NCBI GenBank assembly: GCA_964016885.1
Contig: OZ024741.1
Span: 225,432,001 to 225,496,000 of the forward strand
From: Eledone cirrhosa
Taxonomy: Eukaryota
Direction of reading: 5' to 3'
Length of the DNA: 64,000 bases
Shown here: piece after piece, positions 1 to 13,929 of the stretch
Layout: every line of letters starts with the position of its first letter
Position numbering within the stretch: position 1 is the first letter of the stretch
The notes under the pieces: generated by a model
The model's input: the letters and a program-made list of their open reading frames with translations, nothing else
Database searches by the model: none
What the model was told of the DNA's origin: nothing
Position numbers and translations under genes: made by a program

Positions 1-126
1 TCGACCCCGTAAGGATGAAAGGCAAAGTTAACCTCAGCAGGATTTGAACTCAGACCGTAAAGGGCCATAATTCTATGCTGCAAAGCATAGTGTCCGACTC
101 TCTACCGACACTGCCAATCCACCGCC
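1..126 (-). mobile_element. tRNA-derived SINE family A (partial, cut by window edge)
   Basis: Reverse complement matches the copies at 4066 and 20753 (A-box-like TGGCAGTRTCGG, B-box-like GAGTTCAAATCC, core GCCTTTCATCCTTACGGGGTCGA). Confidence 0.85.
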
Positions 127-128
127 CT

Positions 129-159
<31 letters not shown>

Positions 160-375
160 TAATAAACAACCTTCAACCACCAAGACGCATGGTAACATTT
201 TTAGACTTATTTGAGGGGAAAAAAATAGCGTCTTCGACGCCGGGAAATACGGTAGATATAGACGCATGCATAGAATTGAACCTCACATCTCTCAGTGAAG
301 TGCAATAACCATTACACTAAGGAATATACAGACACTGATTGCCGATTTTTAGAAGATTTTAATGCTGTAGCTAGG

Positions 376-376
<1 letters not shown>

Positions 377-454
<78 letters not shown>

Positions 455-456
455 AA
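377..456. repeat. (GAAA)n microsatellite
   Basis: Direct inspection. Confidence 0.95.
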
Positions 457-1736
457 AATGGAATGAAAAAAATGGTAGAAGTGTGGGTGATGAAATAAAG
501 GCTGGATCTGAGGGAGTGCGAAGGAGATAAATAAGACAGGATAGATAATGAGAAATACCTTCAGATCGACAGAGAGAAAGTGACAGCGCTAAAGAAAAAG
601 AGACAAATATAGAGAAAGACTGAGTTATTGGCGTGTGTGTGGGTGTATATACGTGTATATGTGTACGTGCGTGTGTATATGCATGTGTGGTTTTGTGGGT
701 GTGTGTATTTGTGTGTATGTTCTGTGGGTGGGTGTTTGTATATGTGTATGTATGTATGTGTGTGTGTGCGTGTGTATGTATGTGTACGTATAGATGATAG
801 CTGTATTGCATGTGATTTAATCGAGCTTCCAAGGGCCGGTGTTGTCAACCATGAGAAAAGACATGACAAGAGCACTAGATAAGATCTTTAGTTGCATGCC
901 GTTTCTTGAGTCACGCACGAACACTTCTGTCCTACATATTTGAATATCTAAACGTCTGGGTGAAATATCCTTGTAAGTTGAATACACAAGCATGCAGCTC
1001 CAGTTAGCGGCGTCGCTGTCAACATTGCATGCCTCATCTGTCATGAAAATTTAAAGACAAATTCATATTTCAGTAGTCATATAAGACGACAGAAAGCAGA
1101 AAACCAAAAGTCATACAGAGGCTGCTGATTGCGACAAAAAAGAGGGTTTACTTGGATTCGAGTCAACGATCGCACTATATATACATCAGACCTGTCAACT
1201 CTCCCCCGTCCGACGTGGATACCTCCCACCCTCCTTTGGAGTGAGTGAGGGATGTCTTTCCTTGTGAAAATGGGTATAGCTTTCATTCTGTAATCTCCCC
1301 ATTTTGCCTAATTTCCCCCGTTTTGGGGCGCTTTTTATCGTTTGAGTTTTTAGAGGTTGGCAGGTCTGATACACGTATTTACATACATATACGAATATGA
1401 ATAAATAAATAAATAAATATATACATGCATACATACATATATACATATGTACAAACACGCGCACACAAACATATACACGATATGTTTATGTACGATGAAC
1501 TTATATAACTGAGACTATGGAAATTCGAAGCTATGATTATGTGACAGCGACTCAACAGCTATGTGAGAGCGCTATACACTAGTGCTTCAAGATTTTTATC
1601 CATCATCAATACGGATCCCACCAATTAATCCTAGCCTGGGAAGCATGCACTATATACAAATGAACATCTCCAATATATATTTTATGCACAAAATATATAC
1701 AAGCTTATTCTTGTCCCAGTACAGAGTTAGTAAATG

Positions 1737-1777
1737 TCACAGATGACGGATAAGAATCCCGAAACACTAGTGTCTGG
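1737..1777 (+). ncRNA. Degenerate minimal type I hammerhead motif (core CAGAUGA)
   Basis: tca-CAGATGA-c-gga-taagaa-tcc-c-GAAAC-actagt-GTC-tgg; palindromic stem III; core has U4A, so probably inactive. Confidence 0.5.
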
Positions 1778-1920
1778 TGTCCTCACACGACCATTGAGAT
1801 AACTGTGACATGATCGCAGCTTAAAACATTGATAGCGAAAGTTTTATATTTATTATACATAAATGTTAGTGCAACTGCCTATATACACACACACACACGC
1901 ACATATATATATATATATAT

Positions 1921-1989
<69 letters not shown>

Positions 1990-2170
1990 ATAATAATGAT
2001 ACTATTTATAGTTATGTATATACTATAAACAACTATAAACAGGAAAGGTCAGTAATTTATTACTATCTTATTACCAGTAAGAGAAATACCTCAATGTAAG
2101 AACATCAGGTGTTTTACAGAGCAGGAATATAAATTACACAATAATCAAAGTTATGTTCAAATCATTTTAT

Positions 2171-2217
2171 TGCTGACAATCGTTTCTTCCAAACTTTCGT
2201 TTGGAGTCATCGGAGCA
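2171..2217 (-). ncRNA. Minimal type I hammerhead ribozyme in PLE1 3' terminal repeat (CCGAUGA core variant)
   Basis: tgct-CCGATGA-c-tccaaac-gaaa-gtttgga-a-GAAAC-gatt-GTC-agca; stems I, II and III all pair. Confidence 0.75.
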
Positions 2218-3519
2218 TTAGCAATGTTTGTACATATAATTAACCTCCTATTCAACTGAACAATCATATAAATACATATATATTGATGTTGTGAACAACA
2301 GTTTCATATTTACAGGGTGGGATGGATGCGACATATATTATACGAGAATTGTACAATAATTCAAATTAAAATTAAAAGCACAGAGTGTAATACATGCAAC
2401 AGATAATACAAGGGAATAGTCTAATAATTAGAGACGCATTGAGGAAGAATGAGGACACTAGCAGTACATATGCAAGCGTGTAGAGAGTGCACATGCGTAT
2501 GAAGGAAACAAGCAAAGGTATTAGGCATAAATAAATACTGTATGGCAAAGGTATCACATAAAATAACACAGGTATACATGCATATCAAGCAAAGGTGTTA
2601 GTGTATTAAAATGATGGTGGATGTAATGTGATGGTAGTTTCTGTAGTGTTTAAATGTTTATGTGTTGAGAGTATCAAAGTTATTGGTATCTTTTCCGTTA
2701 CATATGTTAAATTATATTTTAGTTAATGTTTATATTGAATGTTTTTAGTTAGTTACAGCAATGTATTGTAAATTGGTCTTATTGTATTCTTATCCATGGA
2801 TTAGAGTTGTTCTACGGCGAGTTTTTCTAACGGTTTAATTTCCGGAAGTGAGTATGAGATCCAAAAGTAAGGGGAGCTAATGCGTAAGGGGAGGTAATTA
2901 CCTAATTAAATTAAATTAAATTAAATTATATAGGAAACTATCAATTATTTAAATTCTTTGCTCTAATATACAATATATTTTGTTACAAGTGAATCCCTTC
3001 TATATAATGTTATTTATTTATATTTAATTTTAAATACAGTCTATTTTCCTATAATACATTAAAGGTCTCATTACATTGTTATCTATCCATTACTAGACAA
3101 GATATAAGTTATGGAAAAGTGTATAGCTTTTTACAGGTCCAATTAGTTAAATCTCTTGTCTTATTAATATACATTATATTATGTTAAAAGTTAATCCCTT
3201 ATATACAATGCTATTAATTTATATATTTAATTATAAATGTATATATAATTTATTATCACATATTACATTAAATGTCTCTACATATTATATATCCATTACT
3301 GTATATAAGTAAGCTATAGTAGTTATATTATAAGGTGTTTATTTCTAATAGTTATTGTAGAGTTTAAGGTTTGAGATAAATAGGAGTTATGTAGAGGAAA
3401 GAGCTGATCAAAGATTGTGATGATGTGGGGGCTGATAAGTCCTAGAGGTAAAGTGTTAATGGTGGTGACGAATTCAAATCTGACATTGTTATATACTAGC
3501 AGCTAGGTTTAAAGTTATG

Positions 3520-6110
3520 TAACGAGTGTCGGTAGTGGTGCTGGCATGAGGAAAACACCTCTGTTTTTCTATTTAGGAGGTCCAGTTTCGAAAAGATTAT
3601 AGTACGGGTCTCTATAAGACAGAGGTTACACAATTTATTCGGCGGTTTATACGATGCGGTCCCACCTACTACTTCCCAGTGAAGTGTATATGGTCTATTC
3701 CTAGTTTTCAGAGAGTGTATGTAGCTAAATAAATAAGTGGAGTTGTTTAGATTGCGATTTTTGAAAGAGTGGAGGTGCGAGTTGTATCTCGTCTTGAAGC
3801 AGTTCGAAGTTGAGCCAATATATGTTTTAGAAGAGTTGTTTGTGTTGACCGTGCATGAGTAAATGATGTCTTAGATTAAGCAATTTTTACCTAAGGGGCA
3901 AGTTCTATTTGTTCTACAGTTACAGTTATTCTGGTTGTTTGCTTGCCGGTTACTATGTTGTGTAGAAGTCTGGTTGTTAGGGCTAGCATTAGGGTAATGA
4001 TGGTTGTCGTTCCTATTGTTATTGATTTCATTAGTGCTATTACCATTATTATTATTGCTACTAGGGCGGTGGATTGGCAGTATCGGTAGGCAGTCGGACG
4101 CTATGCTTTGTAGCATAGAGTTACGCCCCTTTACGGTATGAGTTCAAATCCCGCCGAGGTTAACTTTGCCTTTCATCCTTACGGGGTCGATAAATCAAAG
4201 TACCAGTAATGCACTGGCTAATTACTGGCATTGTGCCAAAAGTAGAAACAATTATTGCTACTAGGATTTACAGGTACTATGTTGTTCTGTAAGTTTACCC
4301 CCTGTTGTGTTTTAATTAGTTGGAAATAATTATTAATCTTCCTTTTATTACTACTAGCTATATGGTATGCATGCAATGCTAGGTGTGGTAGAGTATGAGA
4401 TTTTAATGGTATTTTTTATTGATAGACTATGGTATTTGTGCCCGGTTGGGAAGTTTTTTTTTAAGATTGAGAAGAAAGCCTTAGGTAAGTTGGTAGAGAC
4501 GTTTAGATTGAAAGGGGGGATTGAAGAATGTATTAGTTCTTCTTCTATTTTTGTTTTCTGAGGTATTTGTATTTCTGTTTATATTATTATTGTGGTGTTA
4601 ATGTTGGTGCGAGTTAAGTTTGATATTACCCTTCGTATTAGAGTTAGTACTTTTATTATTTTTCCTCATGGCCATATTGTGAGAAATAATGTTGTAACTA
4701 TGTGATTTTATAGGTAGAAATTCAATCTCATTTTTATGGCCTGATTTAGCTAAGGCCCCATTATAGTATTGGGAATTATTGTTAAATATGATTTCGTTAA
4801 ATGATAGATTAGATATTCTATTAGATATTCCTTTAGTAATTGAGTTTAATATGGATTTAGGGTGGTTAGAGTTGGTATCCACATAAATTAGTTTTTCGTT
4901 TGGTTTATGAAAGGGTGTATATATTTTAGAGTCCAGGCAAAGGAAGTTTACTTAAGTTGAAGTTTTTCAAAATTTTATGTAATTGTTTCCTAGTTCTTTC
5001 TCTATTAAATTTGTTATAGTCTATAAGGAGTAGTGCATCATCGCGGTATAAAGCACCATTGAGGTAGGGTAGGTCCTTATGAATTTCATTTAGTAGATAT
5101 AGGCCCACCAAATCAGTGACCTGCGCCGAGTCACTAGATCCCATAGTTATGTCAAAGTTGTTATGTGTATCCTTGCGGGTCCATAATTGATCTTCAAATG
5201 TAATTATGGTTTTTCGGGCCGCAAGGATGATATCAATTTGGGATCTAGTCAGGTCACTATTGTTCAAGGCCATAATTAATGCCTTATTTAATAGGATAGG
5301 GGAAATAAAGATGTAGTATGAATTGATATCAAATTGTATAATTTTTTTTAAAATTCTCTTTAATATCCTTGAACCATTCAATAACTTCACCTGTATTTCC
5401 CCATTGGTTAAGATATATTTTGTGCTTAAACTGTAGGATGATTCTATCTAATATTTTTTTGCTGATAATACCAAAGTCAGATTTGGAAGGGCAAATTAGT
5501 CTTATCGAAGGGTTACTAATGAAGTCTTCTTTATGGTCCTTCAGAGAGAATCTTGGGGGGTTAGGGATGTATGGCTGTGTATGTCTCTGAAGTCCTAATT
5601 TACACACTATACTACGGCCTTCTATATTTATATCTTCTAGGTTTTTAATAGTGGTTTTCTTATAGCTCCTATGTAGTTCTTTATATATAAATTTTCTATA
5701 TGTATCGTAATCTAAGCTATATATATTATTAGTTTTATCTGCATGTACTAGAATTTTTTTTTTATTAAATCCTTTAATAATGGAGTTAAGGTTGTTTAAG
5801 AAGGTTGTTACTATTACGATGTTTTTTGTACCTTATGTTATTAACTAGTTTTATTAGATCATTTTCAAAAGGGTTTAATAAGGTTTTGTGAGGGGGGCTT
5901 TTAAAAGTGTTAAAGCCGTAAGAGTCGAAATTATTTGTATCTCTGTTTTTGTCTGATCGGTTTCTAGCGTAATGGGATGTCCTCCATCTCACTCTATTGA
6001 TAAAAGAGTTGACACTATTAATCAATAATTTTTCATATGTATCTCTGGATGGTATTGGTATGTTCTTAGTAGATATAGGGAGGTAATCTTTGATTAGAAT
6101 ACTGGTAATT
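3520..6110 (-). pseudogene. Disrupted PLE RT/GIY-YIG polyprotein
   Basis: ORF pieces 5786-6025, 5329-5607, 4926-5390, 4598-4882 and ~3530-3900 (CPLGKNCL, CNLCLIE) broken by frameshifts, stops and a SINE insertion. Confidence 0.9.
4066..4250 (+). mobile_element. SINE family A inserted into PLE1, 15-bp TSD
   Basis: ATTATTGCTACTAGG duplicated at 4051-4065 and 4251-4265. Confidence 0.93.
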
Positions 6111-6317
6111 TAATGTATGTTAGCTCAACAGTATGGAGCAGTTAATAATAATAATGATACTATTTATAGTTATGTATACACTATAAACAACTATAAACAG
6201 GAAATGTCAGTAATTTATTACTACCTTTTAACCAGTAAGAGAAATAGCTCAATGTAAGAACATCAGGTGTTTTACAGAAATTACACAATTATCAAAGTTA
6301 TGTTCAAATCATTTTAT

Positions 6318-6364
6318 GGCTGACAATCGTTTCTTCCAAACTTTCGTTTGGAGTCATCGGAGCA
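6318..6364 (-). ncRNA. Hammerhead motif in PLE1 5' terminal repeat
   Basis: Same motif as 2171-2217 with one stem I change. Confidence 0.7.
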
Positions 6365-6662
6365 TTAGCAATGTTTGTACATATAATTAACCTCCTATTC
6401 AACTGAACAATCATATAGATACATATATATTGATGGTGTGAACAACATTTTCGTATTTACAGGGTGGAATGGATGCGAAATATATTATACGAAAATTGTA
6501 CAATAATTAAAATTAAAATAAATGCACTGCATGTGTACTGCTAGTGTCCTCAAATTAAAATATATGTACTTGCATATATACTGCTAGTGTCCTCATTCTT
6601 CCTCAATGCATCTTTAATTATTAGACGATTCCCTTGTATTATCTGTTGCATGTATTCCACTC

Positions 6663-6775
6663 TGTGGCTGAGTGGTTAGAGAATTGGATTCGCAATCGTG
6701 AGATGGTGAGTTCGATCCCCGGACCGGGCGATGCGTTATGTCCTTGAGCAAGACACTTTATTTCACGTAGCTCCT
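6663..6775 (+). mobile_element. tRNA-derived SINE family B (CORE-like), partial
   Basis: TGGCTGAGTGGTTAGAG A box, GAGTTCGATCCC B box, TGTCCTTGAGCAAGACACTT; homologous to 60507-60840. Confidence 0.8.
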
Positions 6776-8354
6776 TCTACCTGGAGTTGCGACCGATAGA
6801 TAGTACTAGCAATTGGAAAGACCAATGGAAACATTGTTTCCTCGGTCTGATTTGACGAAAGTCGATCGTTCCTGATATATATACTATAAAGCTGACGGCC
6901 GTATGTAAGTAATAAACTTTCCGCCAAGCGGCTGGACCAAACAGCGCCAAATTTGCACCATAGATGTAACTTTTTCCAAGTATAAAGTGAGGGTATTGTT
7001 GTCTACTTAATTTTGTTAAAAGATTAAAGACATTATTTAAATATTCACTTCTTTAAAATTTTCAAATGTCAACACTTCCGGTTATACGGCATTCCTAACA
7101 TCTTCACGAACCAAAGTATCATCTTCCTGTTTTCTTTCGGCTGCAATGTTTTTCGAAATATTTACTTCTGCGTTCACAGATTGATTATTTTAGTTTCAGA
7201 AGATCCCGTTAAGGGTGAAAGCAGCGATTATTTGCTTAAACTTTAATCTGTTATTTTACTATATATATATATAATTATATATTCGTGTACAGATATATTT
7301 GCATACACAAAAACAAAATATAAACAAACGTATTTATTTCACGAAAGCACTGACGGCTTATCGTCCTGGTTACTGCCGAGATGCCACCCAAAATGTCCTC
7401 GCCTGGTCGCAAGATCAGATTTTCCAGAAGAAAAAATGTTACTAGAGCAACAGAGAGACTAAGCTTCGTGATTACCATCAACAAACCCTAAAAGTGGCTG
7501 GCTTTCATCTGGGAAACCATGGTCAAGTGTATGTAAGATGCTCTAGGTTGAGCTCGCCAAACAATTTCTTCATCTTTGCTCCCGAAGGCCGAACAGAAAA
7601 TATTGTATACTCTGAGGCTCTAACAATGTAATTTATGTATTTTCTTTTACTTGGAATTCCCATTATTGTTGTACAAATTATTGTAAAGTTTGTTGAAAAA
7701 TGTGTTCTCTGTTCAACCTTTATTGTTGTAACTATCAATTTTCTTTAACGAACTAGCTGAGAAAAGAAACTTACCCAAGCCAAATGTTGTATTTATTAAC
7801 ATTTCTATCTGCAGGTTCTGAGCAAGCTTACTGGCGCTTTAGTATAGTATTCAATTCTCATATCGTTTTTGATTTATTTGGTGCATATATCGCAGCTATT
7901 CATATGTTTTAAACATTTAGTTAACGATTGCTGATGTATATTGTACGACAGAATTAGCTGAAAAATATTTTGAATGAACAAATAAAAGAGATAATAAAAG
8001 AGAGATGTTTGTTGGTTGGTTCCTTCGCGTATCACACGAAAAAAATGGAAAGTGACAATCGAAAAGTATGTACAGGATTAGGATAAGAGTATATCCAGGA
8101 AAGTTTATTGATACTAATTTTATAACACCAAAGAAGAAGAAAGACGTATGCTAACCAACCTGACTGCTATATCTAGCAGGCTGGGAATCAACCATAAGGG
8201 ATTCTCTCTGCGACTTCGTTGACAGTGATGATCGTGCTTCGCGCCCTATGTCTCCGATTCCAACGGTGGTTTACACACACACACACGCACACGTACACAC
8301 ACGAACACTCACACAGGCACACACACACACACAATCATATATATACACACACAC

Positions 8355-8415
<61 letters not shown>

Positions 8416-8985
8416 AACACTCACACACACACACACACACGCACACACACACACACACAGTACACACACACTGTAAACAAGACAATGCATTCAATACAGA
8501 CGTTTTCACTTCTGTCGTTTTTCTCTTATCATTTGTTAACCTTGGCGAAGCTGGGTACCTCAGCGTAGTGTATCGTGTATTAAAATAATTCGAAATTCAA
8601 AATATATATAACATCAAAGGAAAATGAAGAAAAAGTGAACATATACATGTAATGCCATACATTACATCAAGCGTTGAATATGCATGTGAATTTGTTTTTC
8701 AGTAGGAGTATCTAGAAACACAGAGGACTTTTTTTAAACTTTGCGTCATTTTCGAGAAACTAGAAACTATAAGATTTCACAAAAGGAACGAAAATTGAGA
8801 GAGATAAAATAAATAATAAGAGAAAGAAAAGCATCAGAATTTGCATTCTTCACTGTGAATAGAAATTGTTTGTCATGAACAATGAAGTATAATATCTCTG
8901 AAGAACTGTTGACACCTGTTCGTGTATTAACAATACTAAATGTAATGTACAGTTATTTATTATTCATACATAAAATAATGCGCGA

Positions 8986-9275
8986 CTCGTACTTTATTTT
9001 ATCGACCCCGCAAGGATGACAGGCAAAACTAACCTCGGTGGGATTTGAACTCAGAACGTAAGGTTCCGTAAAAGATGCTGCCAACCCATCGCCCTAAACT
9101 GTATAATAATTGTTTTTACTTTTAGGCGCAAGCCAGCAATTTGAAGGGAAAGGGGAAAGTTGGTTAAATCGGCCCTAGTGTGTTACTGGTGCTTATTTGA
9201 TCGATCCTCACCCCCTAAGGATGAAAGGCAAAGCTAACGCTGGCGAGATTTGAACTTTGAACGTAAAGAGCCGTC
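8986..9275 (-). mobile_element. Two diverged SINE family A copies
   Basis: TCGACCCCGCAAGGATGACAGGCAAA / AAGGATGAAAGGCAAAG and GATTTGAACT motifs, each present twice. Confidence 0.75.
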
Positions 9276-9739
9276 AATTTGCGACACATCAAAACTGACA
9301 TTTCAGATGTTTATCAGGTAACCACAATACAATATTTAACAAATCTGAGCACAACTGTGGTTGCGTTTGACGAGTATTTAGCTGCGTGGTACTGTAGTTA
9401 AATGTGGAAGTAATGAATTTATATAAAGTTCCTCAGTATTTTGTTATCCCGTGACTTTACTATCGCGAGTTTATTTAAACCGGAAATGCGGGTCAACCTT
9501 CATTTAATTCTGGCTATATTTTTTATCAACTCCGCCAATTTCCAGAAACACGTTATACACCGGAAATATAAATGTGTGTATGTTTTGAACTGTTTCTAAT
9601 TAGATTTGTCTACATAGTGCACGGCTCTAAACAGTTTGCTGAACACTTTTCTAGACTAGGAATAGATTTCGTCATGCAATTGGAAAAATTACACACACAC
9701 ATACACGCACATATACACACATACATCTAAGTGCAAATA

Positions 9740-9778
<39 letters not shown>

Positions 9779-9789
9779 TCACCTGCCAA

Positions 9790-9833
9790 CTGCAGACACT
9801 AATGTTTCTGGGAATCACCCTTCATCAGTACAG
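9790..9833 (-). ncRNA. Type I hammerhead ribozyme
   Basis: ctgta-CTGATGA-aggg-tgat-tccca-GAAAC-attagt-GTC-tgcag. Confidence 0.85.
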
Positions 9834-10393
9834 CTCACTGTTCACCTTCCAACTGTCAGAGCTAGTGAAAATATATACTATTTTCTAAAATATACAGTGA
9901 CTGATAGGCCTGATTTGCATATTAGCAGACCGGCTGATCAGTCAGATCTGCATATTAGCAGAACAACTGATTAGCCAGATTTGCATATCAACAGACTCGC
10001 CAGTCAATTTCCTGTATACGAGCGATAAATAGCCGGCTTTGCCACATTCAAATAAGAAAAAAAAGAAAATTTTCGCTCTACATGGCTGAATACAATAAAT
10101 GTAATCTGAGTTTTTTGAATATTAATAATAACATTTAATTCGTTTGCAGTTATGCAAACAATCCTCATTTTTATAGCCATGTCAGTAGAATGAACACTTT
10201 TTTTTTTATTGAATGTGACAAAGCCGGCCATTTATCGCTCGTATACAGGAAACTGACTGGCCAGTCTGCTGATATGCAGATCTGACTGGTCAGCCAGTCT
10301 GCTAATATGCAAATCAGCCCGACCAGTCACTGTATATTTTAGAAAATAGCATATATTTTCACTAGCTCTGACAGTTGGAAGGTGAACAGTGAG

Positions 10394-10437
10394 CTGTACT
10401 GATGAAGGGTGATACCCAGAAACATTAGTGTCTGCAG
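10394..10437 (+). ncRNA. Type I hammerhead ribozyme
   Basis: ctgta-CTGATGA-a-gggt-gat-accc-a-GAAAC-attagt-GTC-tgcag. Confidence 0.85.
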
Positions 10438-10692
10438 TTCTGTTTACATGCCAAGACAAGAGCAAGAATGAAGACTTCATTCTACTGACATGGCTATAAA
10501 AATGAGGCTTGTTTGCATAATTGCAAACGAATCGAATGTTATTATTAATATTCGAAAAACTCAGTTAACATTTATTGTAATTTATAGAGCGAACATTTTC
10601 TTTATATATATAAATAGCTAATTATAGTGGAGTACTATACTATTATTTTTGGCATAACAAGAGGAGCTCTAGGCAAACTAAAATCCTCATCT

Positions 10693-11540
<848 letters not shown>

Positions 11541-11693
11541 CCCAATCTCAAATATATTCTCCGCCAGCTCCATTCTACTCTGAAACGCTCCTTCCAACCT
11601 CTTCCCCCTATAATGGACGTGTTATTTTTATCTAAAGACATTTTTTCCAATTCCATCCCGCCCGTCCCCTCAATCTATCTATTTCTCATTCTT

Positions 11694-11729
11694 TCTTTAG
11701 ATGAAGGACTATCGTCCGAAACGTTAAGA
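11694..11729 (+). ncRNA. Degenerate minimal hammerhead motif
   Basis: tctt-TAGATGA-a-ggac-tatc-gtcc-GAAACGTT-aaga; core mutated. Confidence 0.45.
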
Positions 11730-11832
11730 CCCTCTTCCAGCTATATCAAGCGTTAACCTAATATATCCCTTCCATATACTGTACCGATTGTGTTGTTATT
11801 TCTGTTTACCTGTTACACACACACACACACAC

Positions 11833-11880
<48 letters not shown>

Positions 11881-12032
11881 GTATGTATGTATGTAACAGG
11901 TAAACAGAAATAACAAAGTCCTCAGATATGTTTATCGTTTTCAAGGCATTTCTTCAGAGTATGAAGATATGTCTTGAAAACGATAATCATATCTATAAAC
12001 ATATATATATATATATATATATGCATATATAA

Positions 12033-12063
<31 letters not shown>

Positions 12064-12075
12064 TATAAATATATA

Positions 12076-12107
<32 letters not shown>

Positions 12108-12193
12108 GTACGTTATTCCGGGTTGAATCGGAGGTAACCACAGTAAGTAAGGTACTCAATATATTGCAGAGTATAAAAGTTTTAATATAGATG

Positions 12194-12244
12194 AGATTCT
12201 ACAGGACTAGAACTGTTTCATTCTTTAGAAATCATCAGGAATCT
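12194..12244 (-). ncRNA. Type I hammerhead ribozyme with canonical core
   Basis: agattc-CTGATGA-t-ttct-aa-agaa-t-GAAACAG-ttctagtc-CTGTA-gaatct; 6-bp stem I, 4-bp stem III, GUA site. Confidence 0.88.
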
Positions 12245-12734
12245 GGGTATCAAAAAATAAGTATGGTATTTATAGGTCTCTACAAGTGGTAGGAGAGGGT
12301 GGGGAGTGGGATGGGTGTAGGTCATTGGTTGATAGAATAGGGAATTCATTAAAAGCTAATTCTACAAAGCTATAGTTTATTTTTATTTATTTTTGTTTTT
12401 AGAGTAACAAAGGCAGACAGAATTCTATAAACAGGTTCAGGATGGCATGCCACTCCTTGTCATTAAGTTTCTCTTAAGCTAACAGGTGTCTATAAGATCA
12501 GTGGGGGGTCAGTCATGGTAGATAGATTTAAAGGAAAGGGAGATTCTTTAAAAGCTAAATTCATTAAGGTTCTACTAAGTGACAAAGGTTTAGAGAATTC
12601 TGTAGACAAATTCAAAATATTGAGTGCATATCTTACAATTATCTTTAAATTTCTCTTAAACTATTCAACTATATGCCAAAAATCAACAGACAAATTCACA
12701 AAACACACTCACTCACACACTAGCGCGCATCCAT

Positions 12735-12912
12735 AAACACATAAACACACATACACATACACATATACACACATATATACACACACACACGTATAAATAT
12801 ATTTATATATATATATATACATATATACATATACATACACATGCATACACACATATATATGTATATATATATATATATAAATATATATATATACATACAT
12901 ATACATACACAC

Positions 12913-12943
<31 letters not shown>

Positions 12944-13101
12944 TATACACATATATAAGGAAAAATTGAACGGGAACAAAACAGAGGGGCAGAACAAACA
13001 AATGTTTATTAATTTCACGCTCTTGAGAGTGGGGTCACACATACACACACATATATATATAGACACGCACACATATATACACCATACATACATATATTTA
13101 C

Positions 13102-13135
<34 letters not shown>

Positions 13136-13141
13136 ATATAT

Positions 13142-13187
<46 letters not shown>

Positions 13188-13273
13188 TTATATATATATA
13201 TATATACATACACACACATATATATATATACATATATATACATACACACACATATATATATATACATACACAT

Positions 13274-13338
<65 letters not shown>

Positions 13339-13355
13339 TACACACACACATACAT

Positions 13356-13432
<77 letters not shown>

Positions 13433-13455
13433 TACACACATACACATATACATAT

Positions 13456-13494
<39 letters not shown>

Positions 13495-13655
13495 TACACA
13501 TATATACATATACACACATATATACATGTATATATATATATATACATATATATACACACATATATACATATATATACATATATACACATACACACACACA
13601 TATATACACACTCACACACATATATATACACACACACGCACACACACACATATAT

Positions 13656-13725
<70 letters not shown>

Positions 13726-13890
13726 ATATATATACCTACATATACACATATACACACACATATACACATATACATATATACACATATACATACACATACA
13801 TACATATACATATACATATATACACATACACACGAATATACAGACACATACGTACACACATACACACATACGTATACATAAATAAATACG

Positions 13891-13926
<36 letters not shown>
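12735..13926. repeat. (TA)n/(CA)n compound microsatellite with a short dispersed-repeat island (12958-13020, also at 42315-42372)
   Basis: Direct inspection. Confidence 0.9.

Positions 13927-13929
<3 letters not shown>

Larger units (their letters stand above)
1988..6665 (-). mobile_element. Penelope-like retroelement 1 (RT + C-terminal GIY-YIG, decayed) with direct terminal repeats and inverted 5' tail
   Basis: ~385-bp direct repeats at 1988-2372 and 6143-6519; 6565-6665 is an inverted copy of ~2379-2477; RT motifs FDINSYY, FDITMGSSDSAQVTDLVG, YRDDAL; GIY-YIG region IIYSC...YIGSTSNCFKTRYNSH. Confidence 0.92.
9788..10600. mobile_element. Non-coding hammerhead-containing element in inverted, circularly permuted arrangement (PLE terminal repeat / retrozyme-like)
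   Basis: 9788-10050 is the reverse complement of ~10210-10439 and 10065-10195 is the reverse complement of ~10476-10600; HHR on both strands. Confidence 0.85.

Noticed and set aside
6786-6850. Hammerhead-like segment (gaccga...GAAAC...tcggtc)
   Set aside because: No recognisable CUGANGA core
6878-7260. Helitron/DINE-like non-autonomous element
   Set aside because: Only a vague 5' resemblance; no second copy or terminal hairpin confirmed
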